Source: Spirochaetia bacterium
Lineage (GTDB): Bacteria > Spirochaetota > Spirochaetia > DSM-27196 > Salinispiraceae
Reading direction: 5' to 3'
NCBI GenBank assembly: GCA_038204425.1
Contig: JBBRCZ010000013.1
Span: 1-64,000, forward strand
Length of the DNA stretch: 64,000 bases
The notes under the pieces were generated by a model. That model was not told where the DNA came from and made no database searches. It was given only the letters and a program-made list of their open reading frames with translations. Below, in pieces: positions 46,848 to 56,835 of the stretch (within the stretch, counting starts at the first letter, position 1; every line of letters starts with the position of its first letter). Position numbers and translations under genes: made by a program.

Positions 46848-47718
46848 ATGAAAAAACTTAGAGCCATGTTTTTGCTGCTGGCACTGATTTTCTTGGCTAT
46901 TGGGCCACTTGTTGCAGATGAGGGATCTGTTCCTGCCCAGTTTGATTGGACATGGTATGCTCGTATAAAATCTGGTCCCGCATTGGCTTACCTGAGCTCA
47001 GGGGAACTGCAGATGAAGGCCCGCTACAACCAAGAGGGGCGCTTGGTTGAGTTTTGGACCAACTCAGAGGATCTGACCTACAGCGAACGTTTTGATTACT
47101 ACAGCGATGGTAAATTGCAACGTCATAGCCTATGAGCCTTTTTCTCTTCCATCAGTGATCGATGCTAAGGGCAATGCCAGCTTTGCCGAGCCGGTTGGTG
47201 ATACCTTGGTTCTAAGTCAAGTTTTTGATACCAATGGTCGCATGATAGAAAAGTCGCTTTCCGAAAAACTTCCCAGTGCAAAGTTAGTAGCGTATTGGAA
47301 AGTAAGCTACAGTTACGACAAAGACGGTCGACGCATCAAGGTAACTATCTTTATGGCTGCTGACAAAGAAACTAACAGCCCCGAGCGCAACTTGAGCTTA
47401 AATTACACCCACAAGTTTAATACTGGCGGAAGCATAAGTGCTATTTCTGTCAAAAAATCAGCTAGCAATGCTGAGATCTATCTTGACGACTGGTCAATGA
47501 CCGGCGTGAGCATTCGCTATGAAACCGGCGCCGCCATCGGCCCTAGCACAAGCACCACGGCAAGTTCAATGATAGGTGCCAAGGCAAAAGTGTTATGGAA
47601 TGGCACATGGTACGATGCCACTGTTATTGAACAAAAAAATGCCACCTACAAAATCAGATACGACGGCTATGACGCAAGTTGGGACGAATGGGTAGAAAGT
47701 GAGCGAATCACTTTTTAG
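46848..47718 (+). pseudogene. Exported protein with YD-like repeats and C-terminal Tudor-knot/chromo-barrel domain, split by a +1 frameshift
   Basis: The signal-peptide ORF (46848-47135) and downstream ORF (to 47718) join in frame if one C at about 47130 is removed (RHS-YEPF). C-terminus WNGTWYDATV...IRYDGYDASWDEWVESERI. Confidence 0.7.
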
Positions 47719-47757
47719 CCACTAGCATTTTCTAACGCATAGTCACAAACTTATTTA

Positions 47758-49710
47758 CTAGTATTGAGCGTAGTTAAGTTCTATCCATTGGTCGGAATAC
47801 CAGCCGTAGAGTGATCGAAGTTTGAGGCGTTTGAGATCAAAGACACTCACAACGCCTCCGACTGGAACTTGATCCTCTGGGATATGATTGCCGTGACTGT
47901 CCTCACCATAGTAGAACCAATAGGGACCAGGTGTGACTTGGTCACGGTTGTAAGGCCGGAGAAAATTGATAATATCCTGAGCACTGTCAAGGTCAAGTTT
48001 TTTGCCTTCTTGTTCTAAGCGTGCCAAGGTATCGATGAGCGTTCGATTAAGTGCGTCGTACCTAAACTGAAAGTCTTGGTAGTTACCCCCAGCGCTTGCC
48101 AACTTGGCAGTCCATTCGTTCATAGACAAGAGCCTCATTTCTGGCAGCAGATAGTGATTGCTGACGACAAGGATATCAGTTCTTATTTGACGCTCGGGGG
48201 CGAAATACCAAGCGTCAGGCACTACTCGTTCTTTTTGGTCTTTGCCAAACATGGCACGTGGCCCCCAGTCATCTTGTTTCCAAGGGAAGCCAAAATGGTC
48301 AAAGAGAGCAGGATTGTAGTCCATCCAGGCTAGGCTGGGTTTCCAGTTGTTCCAGCGTACCGCCAAGCCCTTTCTAAAGCGACAGGTGGGATGTCTTTTA
48401 ATAAATTTTGGTCTAGGCAATAGTCCCGCTTTGCGAAGCTCGCGCGGTGTGCGGCGCAAGAAATTATTTTTTTGACCTGAGTAGCCTGCTTCCAAAACTG
48501 CAGCTCTTTGTGCCTGCGCATCCGCCACCAAATAGAGCCAGCTCACCCCGCGATGGGTACGTCTGACATTTCTGACGGCTTTTTCAATGCTGCGTGACTG
48601 TTGCACGGTATGACGAACCATCATCAAGGAATTGAGACCTATTTTGGTACTTGAAGTATTGCGGCCATTGACCATGTCTACGCCCATTGCCAGACCATGT
48701 TTATTGAGAGCTGCAACAGCTCCAACCATGCCGGGGCTAGAAAAGCAGAGTACGGGCAGAGGATGCTTAAGAATGATTGAGTCAGGCTTGGGGCCGAGCA
48801 TGCCGTTTGATTTGTACATTATTGGAGCAGCAACATCCCCAAAAACACCGCAAGTGGGAAACATAAAGTCACGCCCCATAAAGGCTTGTCCGTCTCCACC
48901 AGCCGCCTCACCCAAAGCCGCAAAGCCATTGCAGGCAGCAGGATGGACCCAGTTGTTGAGCTTGATGCCAAGGGCACGTAAAATTGGCTCTCCGCCTGCA
49001 TAAACCAAAGACAAAATGATATCAACACCATAGTTGAGCACCATCAGGTCGCGCGTCAGTACCCGGCTGTGTCTGTTGACGCTGTGACTTCCTGCCCAAA
49101 GGCCATAGATCTCAGCTCGTAGTTCTGCAGGTAGGCTAGCTCTGCCAAATGTAGCAAGTCGGTAAATAAAATCTGCAAGCAACATACCTAAGACGGGATA
49201 TTTGCCCTTTAGTCCAGCAAACTCAAAAACTACATTGTCGACGTAGTCTACGCTCATGGATTTAATGTCTTTTTCTGCCAAAAGTCCCAAGAGCAAGCCC
49301 ATCTCAAAGTGGTTGCCCTCCAAATAATATGCTCGTTTGGGTCGCCTAGAGTGGGTATTTACCGCACTTGCGTGGTCAACACATAGGGCATAACTGTTTT
49401 CGGTGGCCTGGTAGTGCCAAGAGCCCGCTTGGTCGTTGTATCCGTCCGCCTTAAACTTGGTCAAAAGTTGCTTTGTAAGCTGCTCTACTGCGACTTGCCT
49501 CTGCGGACTTAGCACCTTGCTTGCATCCTTGGGAACCCAAGCATAGTATTTTTTGATCCATGCCAAGGACAGCCGTCGGTTTATGCCTAGTAAGTCACTA
49601 ATTAGTAAAAAAAGTGTATTGAGCAAAATAAACCCCAACAAAAAAGGAATCGCGAACATGGCGATAAACAAAGTTTTAAAACTAATGTGAGCCTGTATGC
49701 GGCTGGTCAT
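47758..49710 (-). CDS. Membrane-anchored C45/Ntn-hydrolase family autoproteolytic acyltransferase/hydrolase
   Basis: N-terminal TM helix, GNHFEMG, internal AACNGFAA (putative Cys nucleophile), GRDFMF, LNKHGL, VSNHY. Confidence 0.75.
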   Translation of the reverse strand: MTSRIQAHISFKTLFIAMFAIPFLLGFILLNTLFLLISDLLGINRRLSLAWIKKYYAWVPKDASKVLSPQRQVAVEQLTKQLLTKFKADGYNDQAGSWHYQATENSYALCVDHASAVNTHSRRPKRAYYLEGNHFEMGLLLGLLAEKDIKSMSVDYVDNVVFEFAGLKGKYPVLGMLLADFIYRLATFGRASLPAELRAEIYGLWAGSHSVNRHSRVLTRDLMVLNYGVDIILSLVYAGGEPILRALGIKLNNWVHPAACNGFAALGEAAGGDGQAFMGRDFMFPTCGVFGDVAAPIMYKSNGMLGPKPDSIILKHPLPVLCFSSPGMVGAVAALNKHGLAMGVDMVNGRNTSSTKIGLNSLMMVRHTVQQSRSIEKAVRNVRRTHRGVSWLYLVADAQAQRAAVLEAGYSGQKNNFLRRTPRELRKAGLLPRPKFIKRHPTCRFRKGLAVRWNNWKPSLAWMDYNPALFDHFGFPWKQDDWGPRAMFGKDQKERVVPDAWYFAPERQIRTDILVVSNHYLLPEMRLLSMNEWTAKLASAGGNYQDFQFRYDALNRTLIDTLARLEQEGKKLDLDSAQDIINFLRPYNRDQVTPGPYWFYYGEDSHGNHIPEDQVPVGGVVSVFDLKRLKLRSLYGWYSDQWIELNYAQY

Positions 49711-49877
49711 TTTCTACTCCTACACCTAGTGATCAATCAGCGTTGACTTTGGATTGGATGACCTTACAAGCTTCGTCCATGGTTTTGTAAACAGCAAGGT
49801 CTAGATTACCTAGTTTGCCCACTTTTTGAGAACGAGTATTAGTATCACAATAAAGGTAGGGACCAATTTTATCTATC

Positions 49878-50984
49878 TTAGCCAAGGTCTATGCTCTCCT
49901 CATAGAGCACAATTTGATTGCGGCCGTGTTCTTTGGCATAGTAGAGTGCTTTGTCAGCGCGTCGGATTACATCCTCACAGCTGGAATCTTCCGACAAAAA
50001 CTCGGCGATGCCGACGCTAACGGTAATTGAAAATTTTCCATTTTTGCCATCGTCAAAGCTGACCTGCGCCAAAGAATCTTGTAAACGCTGAGCAGGTATA
50101 CGCGAGTTGGCAAGATTGGTGTCCGGTAAGAGCACTATAAACTCTTCGCCGCCATAACGACCTTTGGTATCACAATCTCTAAACAAGCCGGGACGATTGA
50201 GCAACGCTCCGGTACTTCTAAGAACTTCGTCTCCAACTAGGTGGCCATAGCTATCGTTGACATTCTTAAAGTGATCAATATCCAAAATCAGACAGGTAAA
50301 ATTGCCTAAGTGGTCAGAAAGGTTTCCAGTGCTGGTGTAGTTAAAATTGGGGGCCCAATCTTTTTCTATTTCAATTTTGCTATTAGAATATTTATTGGCC
50401 TGTACTAGTCGCCATCTATTGCGTACCGCTCGACGTTTTTCGTGTTCAAAGGCTTCAATCAAGGCTCGGCGATTGAGCAAGTTGGTCAAATGGTCTACGC
50501 GGCTAATCTCAACCAGCTTTTGGTTGAGGATTTCTATTTCTTCTTTTTGCTTCTGCAAGAGATTTGCCTCGACAATGTCCTTAAATGAGTCTTGGATAAA
50601 TGAGTTGAGCCGGGTCAGTAGAATATTTCGATCAAAGAGACTGTCCAAATAGTTAATCAGGTTGCCCTTGGATATGGCAGAACCGGTTTCAAAATAGAAC
50701 AAGTGAAGACCAGCTTGTTTGTAGTTTTTTGCTTGGTCTTGAGAGCTCAATTGTTCAACGAGCAGAATGGTAGAAAGACTGCGGACTCTGGCGAGCACAA
50801 TTGATTTGACTTCTGCCGAAAGATTTACAAAGAGAGCTTCGTCCACGAGCACTATACTTTCGTTGGCTGCAACTTGGTTCAAGCTGAGGTTTTCTAGGCT
50901 TAGTTCGAGCAAATAGTACGAACTTTGTTGTAACAAGCAGTCCTTAATTTCTTGGCTTGCACTACTGAAAAGAATGGTTTTCAT
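49878..50984 (-). CDS. GGDEF diguanylate cyclase with degenerate receiver-like N-terminus
   Basis: DHLTNLLNRR, LDIDHFKNVNDSYGH, RDCD I-site, GGEEF, ADKALYYAK. GGAGG SD before ATG 50984. Confidence 0.92.
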   Translation of the reverse strand: MKTILFSSASQEIKDCLLQQSSYYLLELSLENLSLNQVAANESIVLVDEALFVNLSAEVKSIVLARVRSLSTILLVEQLSSQDQAKNYKQAGLHLFYFETGSAISKGNLINYLDSLFDRNILLTRLNSFIQDSFKDIVEANLLQKQKEEIEILNQKLVEISRVDHLTNLLNRRALIEAFEHEKRRAVRNRWRLVQANKYSNSKIEIEKDWAPNFNYTSTGNLSDHLGNFTCLILDIDHFKNVNDSYGHLVGDEVLRSTGALLNRPGLFRDCDTKGRYGGEEFIVLLPDTNLANSRIPAQRLQDSLAQVSFDDGKNGKFSITVSVGIAEFLSEDSSCEDVIRRADKALYYAKEHGRNQIVLYEESIDLG

Positions 50985-51191
50985 ATTTGTCGAATTCCTC
51001 CATAAAGAATGATAATTCCTTGCTGACTGCGAATGTGCAATTAAATCGAAAATAATGCCAAAAACGTGAGCAAAAACTTTGGAGAAGCCAGTCTCGAGAA
51101 GTCCAGCGGCTAGATTTGCTCTTTTCTCAATGACCAAGAATAGTCTATAATTTGTGACCTTAGCACGTGACAGGCACCGAGGAGTAGGAAG

Positions 51192-52277
51192 ATGAGCAAG
51201 CTTAGAGTAGGAATTTTGGGCGCAACTGGCATGGTTGGGCAGCGTTTTGTAGTGCTTTTGCAACAGCACGCATTTTTTGAGCTAACCTGCTTGGCTGCCA
51301 GCTCCCAGTCTGCCGGCAAGACCTACAGCCAAGCCTTGGCCGGGCGTTGGGCCATGAGTTCTCCAGTTCCAGAAACCGTGGCTTCGCTTGTAGTCTACAA
51401 TGCGGCCAACATCGCTGAGATTGCTGCTCAAGTGGACTTGGTTTTTTGCGCGGTTGATATGAGTAAAGAAGAAACTCTTGCCTTGGAAGAAGCCTATGCT
51501 CGGGCCGAAGTGCCCGTTGTTTCCAACAATTCGGCCGCACGAGGCTTAGATGACGTGCCTATGCTCATCCCTGAGATTAATGCTGGCCACAGTCAAGTAA
51601 TTGACAGCCAACGCAAGCGTCTGGGCAGCAAACGTGGTTTTATAGCCGTCAAACCAAACTGTTCAATCCAGAGTTATGTGCCAGCACTCGAAGCTCTGCG
51701 GGGATTTGGACTCAAAGAAGTATCTGTTTGCACCTATCAGGCGATTTCGGGCGCTGGCAAAACATTTGAAACATGGCCCGAGATGATAGACAATGTAATC
51801 CCATTTATAAAAGGCGAAGAAGAAAAGTCAGAACTGGAACCACTCAAAATTTGGGGTGTTGTAAAGGATGGCAAAATAGTAAATGCACAAAGGCCGCTAA
51901 TCAGTGCCCAGTGTATCCGCGTAAGTGCACTTGACGGGCATTTGGCTGCAGTTTCGGTTCGTTTTGACAAAAAGCCGAGTCGCGAGCAAATAATTGATGC
52001 TTGGCAATCCTTTAAAGGTCCAGCGGGCACTGTTGACTTGCCGCTCGCCCCGAGGCAGTTTATCAATTATTTTGAGCAAGACAATCGACCGCAAACAAAG
52101 TTGGATCGTGATTTAGAAGGCGGCATGGCCATCAGTGTTGGCCGCTTGCGGCAGGACAGCATTTTTGATTACAAGTTTGTCTGTTTGTCACACAATACGG
52201 TCCGGGGAGCGGCTGGTGGTGCCGTGCTTATGGCTGAGCTGCTCTACACGCAGGGTTACTTGAGTTTGGCCAAATAG
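51192..52277 (+). CDS. asd: Aspartate-semialdehyde dehydrogenase
   Basis: GILGATGMVGQ, KPNCS catalytic Cys, TYQAISGAG, HNTVRGAAGG. Confidence 0.97.
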   Translation: MSKLRVGILGATGMVGQRFVVLLQQHAFFELTCLAASSQSAGKTYSQALAGRWAMSSPVPETVASLVVYNAANIAEIAAQVDLVFCAVDMSKEETLALEEAYARAEVPVVSNNSAARGLDDVPMLIPEINAGHSQVIDSQRKRLGSKRGFIAVKPNCSIQSYVPALEALRGFGLKEVSVCTYQAISGAGKTFETWPEMIDNVIPFIKGEEEKSELEPLKIWGVVKDGKIVNAQRPLISAQCIRVSALDGHLAAVSVRFDKKPSREQIIDAWQSFKGPAGTVDLPLAPRQFINYFEQDNRPQTKLDRDLEGGMAISVGRLRQDSIFDYKFVCLSHNTVRGAAGGAVLMAELLYTQGYLSLAK

Positions 52278-54373
52278 TAGCGTGGTGCCTTGTCGTTTGG
52301 ACAGTCGCGACTGAGCTTTTCTAAGACAGTCTTGGCCTGAGCCGTTTGATTGTGCAGGTAGTGGTCTATGGCGCGCTCAAAATCTCGCCGCCCGCGTCTT
52401 TTTTGATGCCATAACTCGCGGCTATCACCATCAAAAAAGTCGTAGATCTTAAAAACCTCGTCCGAGCTATACATCGTAAATTCACCCAAAAATCTTTGCT
52501 GAAAGTCTTCGACGTTTTTGATATGTCTAAGAGTTTGCTCGCTTGCTATTATGTGGCCGCCAAGTGGCCGAGTAAGAGCTTGCATGCGATTGGCAAGTCC
52601 AACTGCTTCGGAAATGATACTGCTTGCCAGATTGCTAAGCTCGCCAATGATGCCAAGCAGCATTGGCCCATGATGCAGCCCGATGCCTAGCTCGAGTGCT
52701 TCTCGGCCCAAGAGCTTTTGTTCTTGATTGATGGTGTCAAACTTGCGTATTAGTTCGATGGCGGCCTCTAACGCTTGACGAGCGTTGCCAGGAAAAAGCG
52801 CCATAAAACCGTCACCAGTAAACTTTTCTGTAAAGCCATGGTGTTTGCGTACAATTGGTCCACTGTACTCCATAAATCGGTTAATAAGGGTAAAGACAGC
52901 TTCGGGTGCCAGGTCTTTGCTAAAGCGAGAAAAATTCTTGATGTCGGCAATCAAAATAGTCCAACTTTGACTACTGTGATCTCCGAGGGAGATTTGACTT
53001 ATGCTCTGGCGTTTGAGAAAGCGTCCAAAGTCTTTAGGGACAAAGCGCAACATAGCTGAGTTGACTTTTTGCAACTGTGCACTGAGTCGCTCGGCTTTGC
53101 TCGCCATCGCAAAATTGCTTTTGGAAATCAGCAAGGCTTGAAAAAAAACAAAAACTATCATGCCATATTTGGCCAAATAGGGGCTGGAGAGCGAGTAGTG
53201 GGGCTTAAGGATGTCATGAATAGTGCAGGCGACAACAATCAGCAGGCCAAAGAAAAATAGCCCAGCGTTCTCCTGTTTTTGGACCATAGAAACAATCAAA
53301 ACAAGAATCATCACCAGACAAACGGCCAGGCTGTAAACTTGAAACCACACTAATAAAGCAGTATAGATCGCCGGTGGAAAGATGATGATGATAACGCTAT
53401 AAGCCAAACAAACGACCACATTGACGGCGTTAATCAAAGTATTGGTTTGATGCGGAAAAATGGTCAAAATAAAACGAACAAAGAGCATAAGCAAGGCAGT
53501 GTAGCTTAAGTAGGAAATCCAAAAAACTGCCCAAGCCGGAAAATCTTTCCACAATATATTGATAAAGACATCGTCAGTTGCCAGGATACGCAAAGCCAGA
53601 GACAGGCAAATAAGCCCAAACCAAAGTGGCGAACGATTGCTGGTTCTGAAGAAGAAAAGAAAAAAGTGATAAACAGCCATAATCGAATAGATGCCAAACA
53701 GGAGAAAACAGACAGCAATGCTCAGGTGCCAGCGCGCATCCATTGTCTCACGTGAGCCAAGTTCCGGCGCGCCACTTAGACCGGTGGTTATGTCGTCAAA
53801 GTTAGATACGTTAAGCACGATAAAATTGCTACCAGCCTGTAAGTTGAGGGCAATCAGCTCGGTTTGCCAAGACATGCGGTGCTGACTTGGGTTCTTTCCG
53901 ATGTGCCCAAACTTGGCAACAAGGATTCCATTGCAATATAGATCGCCGGCCGTACCAATTTGTGGCAGATAAAAAGACAGTTTGGGCACATCTGCTGCAA
54001 GATCAAGACGCATGATATAAGTGCCATAACCGAAGACAGGATTATCAAGGCCACGCTCTGGATCAAACCAAACCATGCCAGGCTTAAGTGCGACAGCGGA
54101 CTGCCTTACTTGTTCAAGATTCGCCGGGCTGAGCGCATCTGCTTCCATCCACTTTCCGCCGACAAAGGCCCAATCGCCGTCAAGTCTCACAACTGATCCA
54201 TAGGCTGCATGCCACTTGCTAAGGTCAACCACCCCAAGCTTGGTCCCCTCGTCGCCGCTAGTGCTTGTGCCAACAGTGCGGTTACTAGTGGCGGATGCTG
54301 GTTTGGGCAATGCCAAGAGTGCAGTAGAACTTAGAAAAAAAACGAGCAGTCCCAAACCGATACGTGAGCGCAT
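52256..54373 (-). CDS. 7TM-DISM class III adenylate/guanylate cyclase
   Basis: Signal peptide, beta-sandwich sensor (LDGDWAF, GYGTY), about 7 TM helices, IADIKNFS, KFTGDGFMALF, GIGLHHG. Confidence 0.88.
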   Translation of the reverse strand: MRSRIGLGLLVFFLSSTALLALPKPASATSNRTVGTSTSGDEGTKLGVVDLSKWHAAYGSVVRLDGDWAFVGGKWMEADALSPANLEQVRQSAVALKPGMVWFDPERGLDNPVFGYGTYIMRLDLAADVPKLSFYLPQIGTAGDLYCNGILVAKFGHIGKNPSQHRMSWQTELIALNLQAGSNFIVLNVSNFDDITTGLSGAPELGSRETMDARWHLSIAVCFLLFGIYSIMAVYHFFLFFFRTSNRSPLWFGLICLSLALRILATDDVFINILWKDFPAWAVFWISYLSYTALLMLFVRFILTIFPHQTNTLINAVNVVVCLAYSVIIIIFPPAIYTALLVWFQVYSLAVCLVMILVLIVSMVQKQENAGLFFFGLLIVVACTIHDILKPHYSLSSPYLAKYGMIVFVFFQALLISKSNFAMASKAERLSAQLQKVNSAMLRFVPKDFGRFLKRQSISQISLGDHSSQSWTILIADIKNFSRFSKDLAPEAVFTLINRFMEYSGPIVRKHHGFTEKFTGDGFMALFPGNARQALEAAIELIRKFDTINQEQKLLGREALELGIGLHHGPMLLGIIGELSNLASSIISEAVGLANRMQALTRPLGGHIIASEQTLRHIKNVEDFQQRFLGEFTMYSSDEVFKIYDFFDGDSRELWHQKRRGRRDFERAIDHYLHNQTAQAKTVLEKLSRDCPNDKAPRYYLAKLK

Positions 54374-54375
54374 GT

Positions 54376-55533
54376 TTACCCCAGTCGTGATTGTAGTATG
54401 GAGCCAAGTTGCTCGGGTCCAATACCTTGGTCCTCTCCCAAGCACCAACCTTTGGCAGCGATGCGCGATACTACCTGATCAACCGCACTTTGGTCGAGCT
54501 TATAGTCGCTCAGGCGAGTACCCAGTCCAAGAGATTCAAAAAATAAGACGGTTCGGCCAATTGCCTCATCCATCAGGACTTCTTCGTCGCCTTGGTCTAG
54601 GCCCCACACATTCTTTGCAAACATAAGTAGCTTGGCCGATTTTTGCTTTTTGCGCACACTGAGAACTCCAGGCAAGACCACTGCCAAGCTACGGGCATGA
54701 TCGAGGCCATATAATGCAGTCAGTTCGTGCCCAATCGCATGAGTAGCCCAGTCTTGTTTGACGCCGACACCAATGATGCTGCTGAGCGCTACGGTACTGG
54801 CCCACATTAAGTTGGCTCGCAGCTGGTAGTCATGGGGTGCAGCAAAAACTCTGGGACCATAGTGGACGAGTGTCTTGAGAATGCCTTCAGCAAAACGGTC
54901 TTGAACTGGTGTGTTTTCGTCACTAGTCAAGTACTGCTCACAGACATGAACAAAAGTGTCTACAATACCGTTGGCGCTCTGGCGATCAGGCAAGCTGTAG
55001 CTTGTCTCAGGGTCAAGAATCGAGAAAACAGGGTAGAGTTTCTGACTAGAGAAGCCCAATTTGTCGGGGATTTCTGAGCGACTAATAACGGCGTTGGTGT
55101 TCATCTCGCTTCCAGCGGCTGGCACGGTCAAGACGGTTGCGATTGGCAAGGCAGTTTGAATCAGACTTGCATCTTTGACCAAGTCCCATGGGTCAAGATT
55201 TGGTTGGCTGACTGCAGCAGCTACCAGTTTGGCAGCATCTATTACGCTACCTCCACCCACAGCGAGTATAAAATCAACATTATTTTCTATAAAGGCATCG
55301 CGTGCTTTGAGGCAGTCACGGTATTCTGGATTGGCGCCGATTCCGCCAAACTCGCAGACTATGCGCTGGCCAAGTGCATCAAGACACTGTTGATAGACCC
55401 CATTGGCTTTTATGCTTCCGCGGCCAAAGAGCAGACCAAGACGAACGTGCTGCGGAACCAAATTAGCGAGCTTTTTTATGCTACCCTTACCAAAAATAAC
55501 TTTTACGGGATTGTAATATTCAAAATCTAGCAT
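54376..55533 (-). CDS. Iron-containing NADPH-dependent alcohol/aldehyde dehydrogenase (YqhD/Bdh-like)
   Basis: YYNPVKVIFGKG, AVGGGSVIDAAK, PAAGSEMN, DWATHAIGHEL, DHARSLA. Confidence 0.95.
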   Translation of the reverse strand: MLDFEYYNPVKVIFGKGSIKKLANLVPQHVRLGLLFGRGSIKANGVYQQCLDALGQRIVCEFGGIGANPEYRDCLKARDAFIENNVDFILAVGGGSVIDAAKLVAAAVSQPNLDPWDLVKDASLIQTALPIATVLTVPAAGSEMNTNAVISRSEIPDKLGFSSQKLYPVFSILDPETSYSLPDRQSANGIVDTFVHVCEQYLTSDENTPVQDRFAEGILKTLVHYGPRVFAAPHDYQLRANLMWASTVALSSIIGVGVKQDWATHAIGHELTALYGLDHARSLAVVLPGVLSVRKKQKSAKLLMFAKNVWGLDQGDEEVLMDEAIGRTVLFFESLGLGTRLSDYKLDQSAVDQVVSRIAAKGWCLGEDQGIGPEQLGSILQSRLG

Positions 55534-55551
55534 GATACTGTTGATTATATC

Positions 55552-56835
55552 ATGTCTTCCTCTGAGCGTTTTGTACTTGACAAATATTTGCGACCAAATC
55601 GAACTTTTTTTTACACCATAATGATATTTGTTATGGCTGGTCTCTTTGCAGGTTTGGCTTGGGACGTCCAACTTGGACTGCTTTCAATCATAATTCTCGA
55701 TCTTGTTGGACTGTTTCTTTTTTTGACCATTGTAGTTTTGTTGTTTCGCGGTAAGCTTGCCCCCAATATAGCCATGTTGATGGTATGGATAACAGTGCTT
55801 CTGATGTTCTATTTGAGTTTTATTTTTTTAAACATAGCTGGTCCCAATAACGATCGAGTACTGATCGAAATGATTAAGAATATTTTTATGACTGCAATTC
55901 TTGGATCGTTAGTAGGGCTTGTAGTCGATCGACGTGGGGCTTTGGTTTTTTTGGCAACTGGACTTGCGTTTATGCTTGCATGTTTGTTTTTTTTGCAGCA
56001 AAGCCGTACGGAGATTCCCAAACTCATTCTCTTGAGTTTGATTTTGTCTGGCACATTGCTGATCGTATTTTATTATCGCTATACACTTGAGGGACTTCTG
56101 CTCAATTTTGGTAAAACTATTGTTGAGACTGCTCGCTACAAAGACCGCGTAGAGGTTAACAATGAGCAAAACCGACCCTTCGTCTACTTTGGCCATAATT
56201 CAGTCGGACTTATTATTGATTTTCGCGAGGACGTAGGTCGATTGACAGGCCTAAACAAGAACCTAGATCGGGAGGCAGATGGCTTCACCAATGCTGCCAT
56301 TTTAAAAGAAATGTCGACCTATATTAAGTCACTCACTCATCGCATAGACTTGGTCACCTACCTGACTAGCTCCAACGCACAAAGGAAGGCTGAGGCGCTT
56401 GATTTTGGACTCTTGCTTGAAGCCGTAGTTTATCCTTTTTTAATCGACCCTGAGTATAGGTCTTGGCTTAGAATAGTCTATTCGATTAGGGCAAGACCCT
56501 TAAGCTGGGATACACGCTACGGGTGGATCCGGCTGTTTGAGTACATTTTTAGATCCGCAATCCAAAAAACAGCGGCCGCTAGCGATAGTCTAAGTGAATA
56601 TCAAATCCGCTTGTACTTAATGCAAGAAGACCAAAACATAGAACTTGAGCTTCGAGAATCCCGACCAATTCTGCTTCCCGATGTAAACAAAGGTGGCGAC
56701 GAAGTAGAAACTTTTTTTGGGCCGCTGCGCAGTTTGCTTTCTGCGATGTCAGCCCGCTGTGAGCTTCTTTTGACAACAGACACAGGGTCTTGTGTTTTGC
56801 GTATAGCTGTGCCAGTTAAGGAACGACTATCATGA
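55552..56835 (+). CDS. Multi-TM degenerate histidine kinase homologue (pseudokinase)
   Basis: About 6 TM helices. Collinear similarity to the next gene, but the H-box reads GLIIDFR, the N-box FEYIFRSA and G1 LRESRP. Confidence 0.75.
   Translation: MSSSERFVLDKYLRPNRTFFYTIMIFVMAGLFAGLAWDVQLGLLSIIILDLVGLFLFLTIVVLLFRGKLAPNIAMLMVWITVLLMFYLSFIFLNIAGPNNDRVLIEMIKNIFMTAILGSLVGLVVDRRGALVFLATGLAFMLACLFFLQQSRTEIPKLILLSLILSGTLLIVFYYRYTLEGLLLNFGKTIVETARYKDRVEVNNEQNRPFVYFGHNSVGLIIDFREDVGRLTGLNKNLDREADGFTNAAILKEMSTYIKSLTHRIDLVTYLTSSNAQRKAEALDFGLLLEAVVYPFLIDPEYRSWLRIVYSIRARPLSWDTRYGWIRLFEYIFRSAIQKTAAASDSLSEYQIRLYLMQEDQNIELELRESRPILLPDVNKGGDEVETFFGPLRSLLSAMSARCELLLTTDTGSCVLRIAVPVKERLS

Noticed and set aside
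47121..47140. prfB-style programmed +1 frameshift at CTA TGA
   Set aside because: prfB uses CTT TGA with an upstream SD. CTA to TAT re-pairing is poor and no SD is positioned there, so a simple indel is more likely.
49878..51269. Long N-terminal extensions in the ORF track (GGDEF from 51269; likewise galK 15638, dnaE 42999, dehydrogenase 55671, cyclase 54448, HAD 23092)
   Set aside because: Most overlap neighbouring genes, and all lack family similarity in the extension. Downstream starts have SDs, promoters or coupling.
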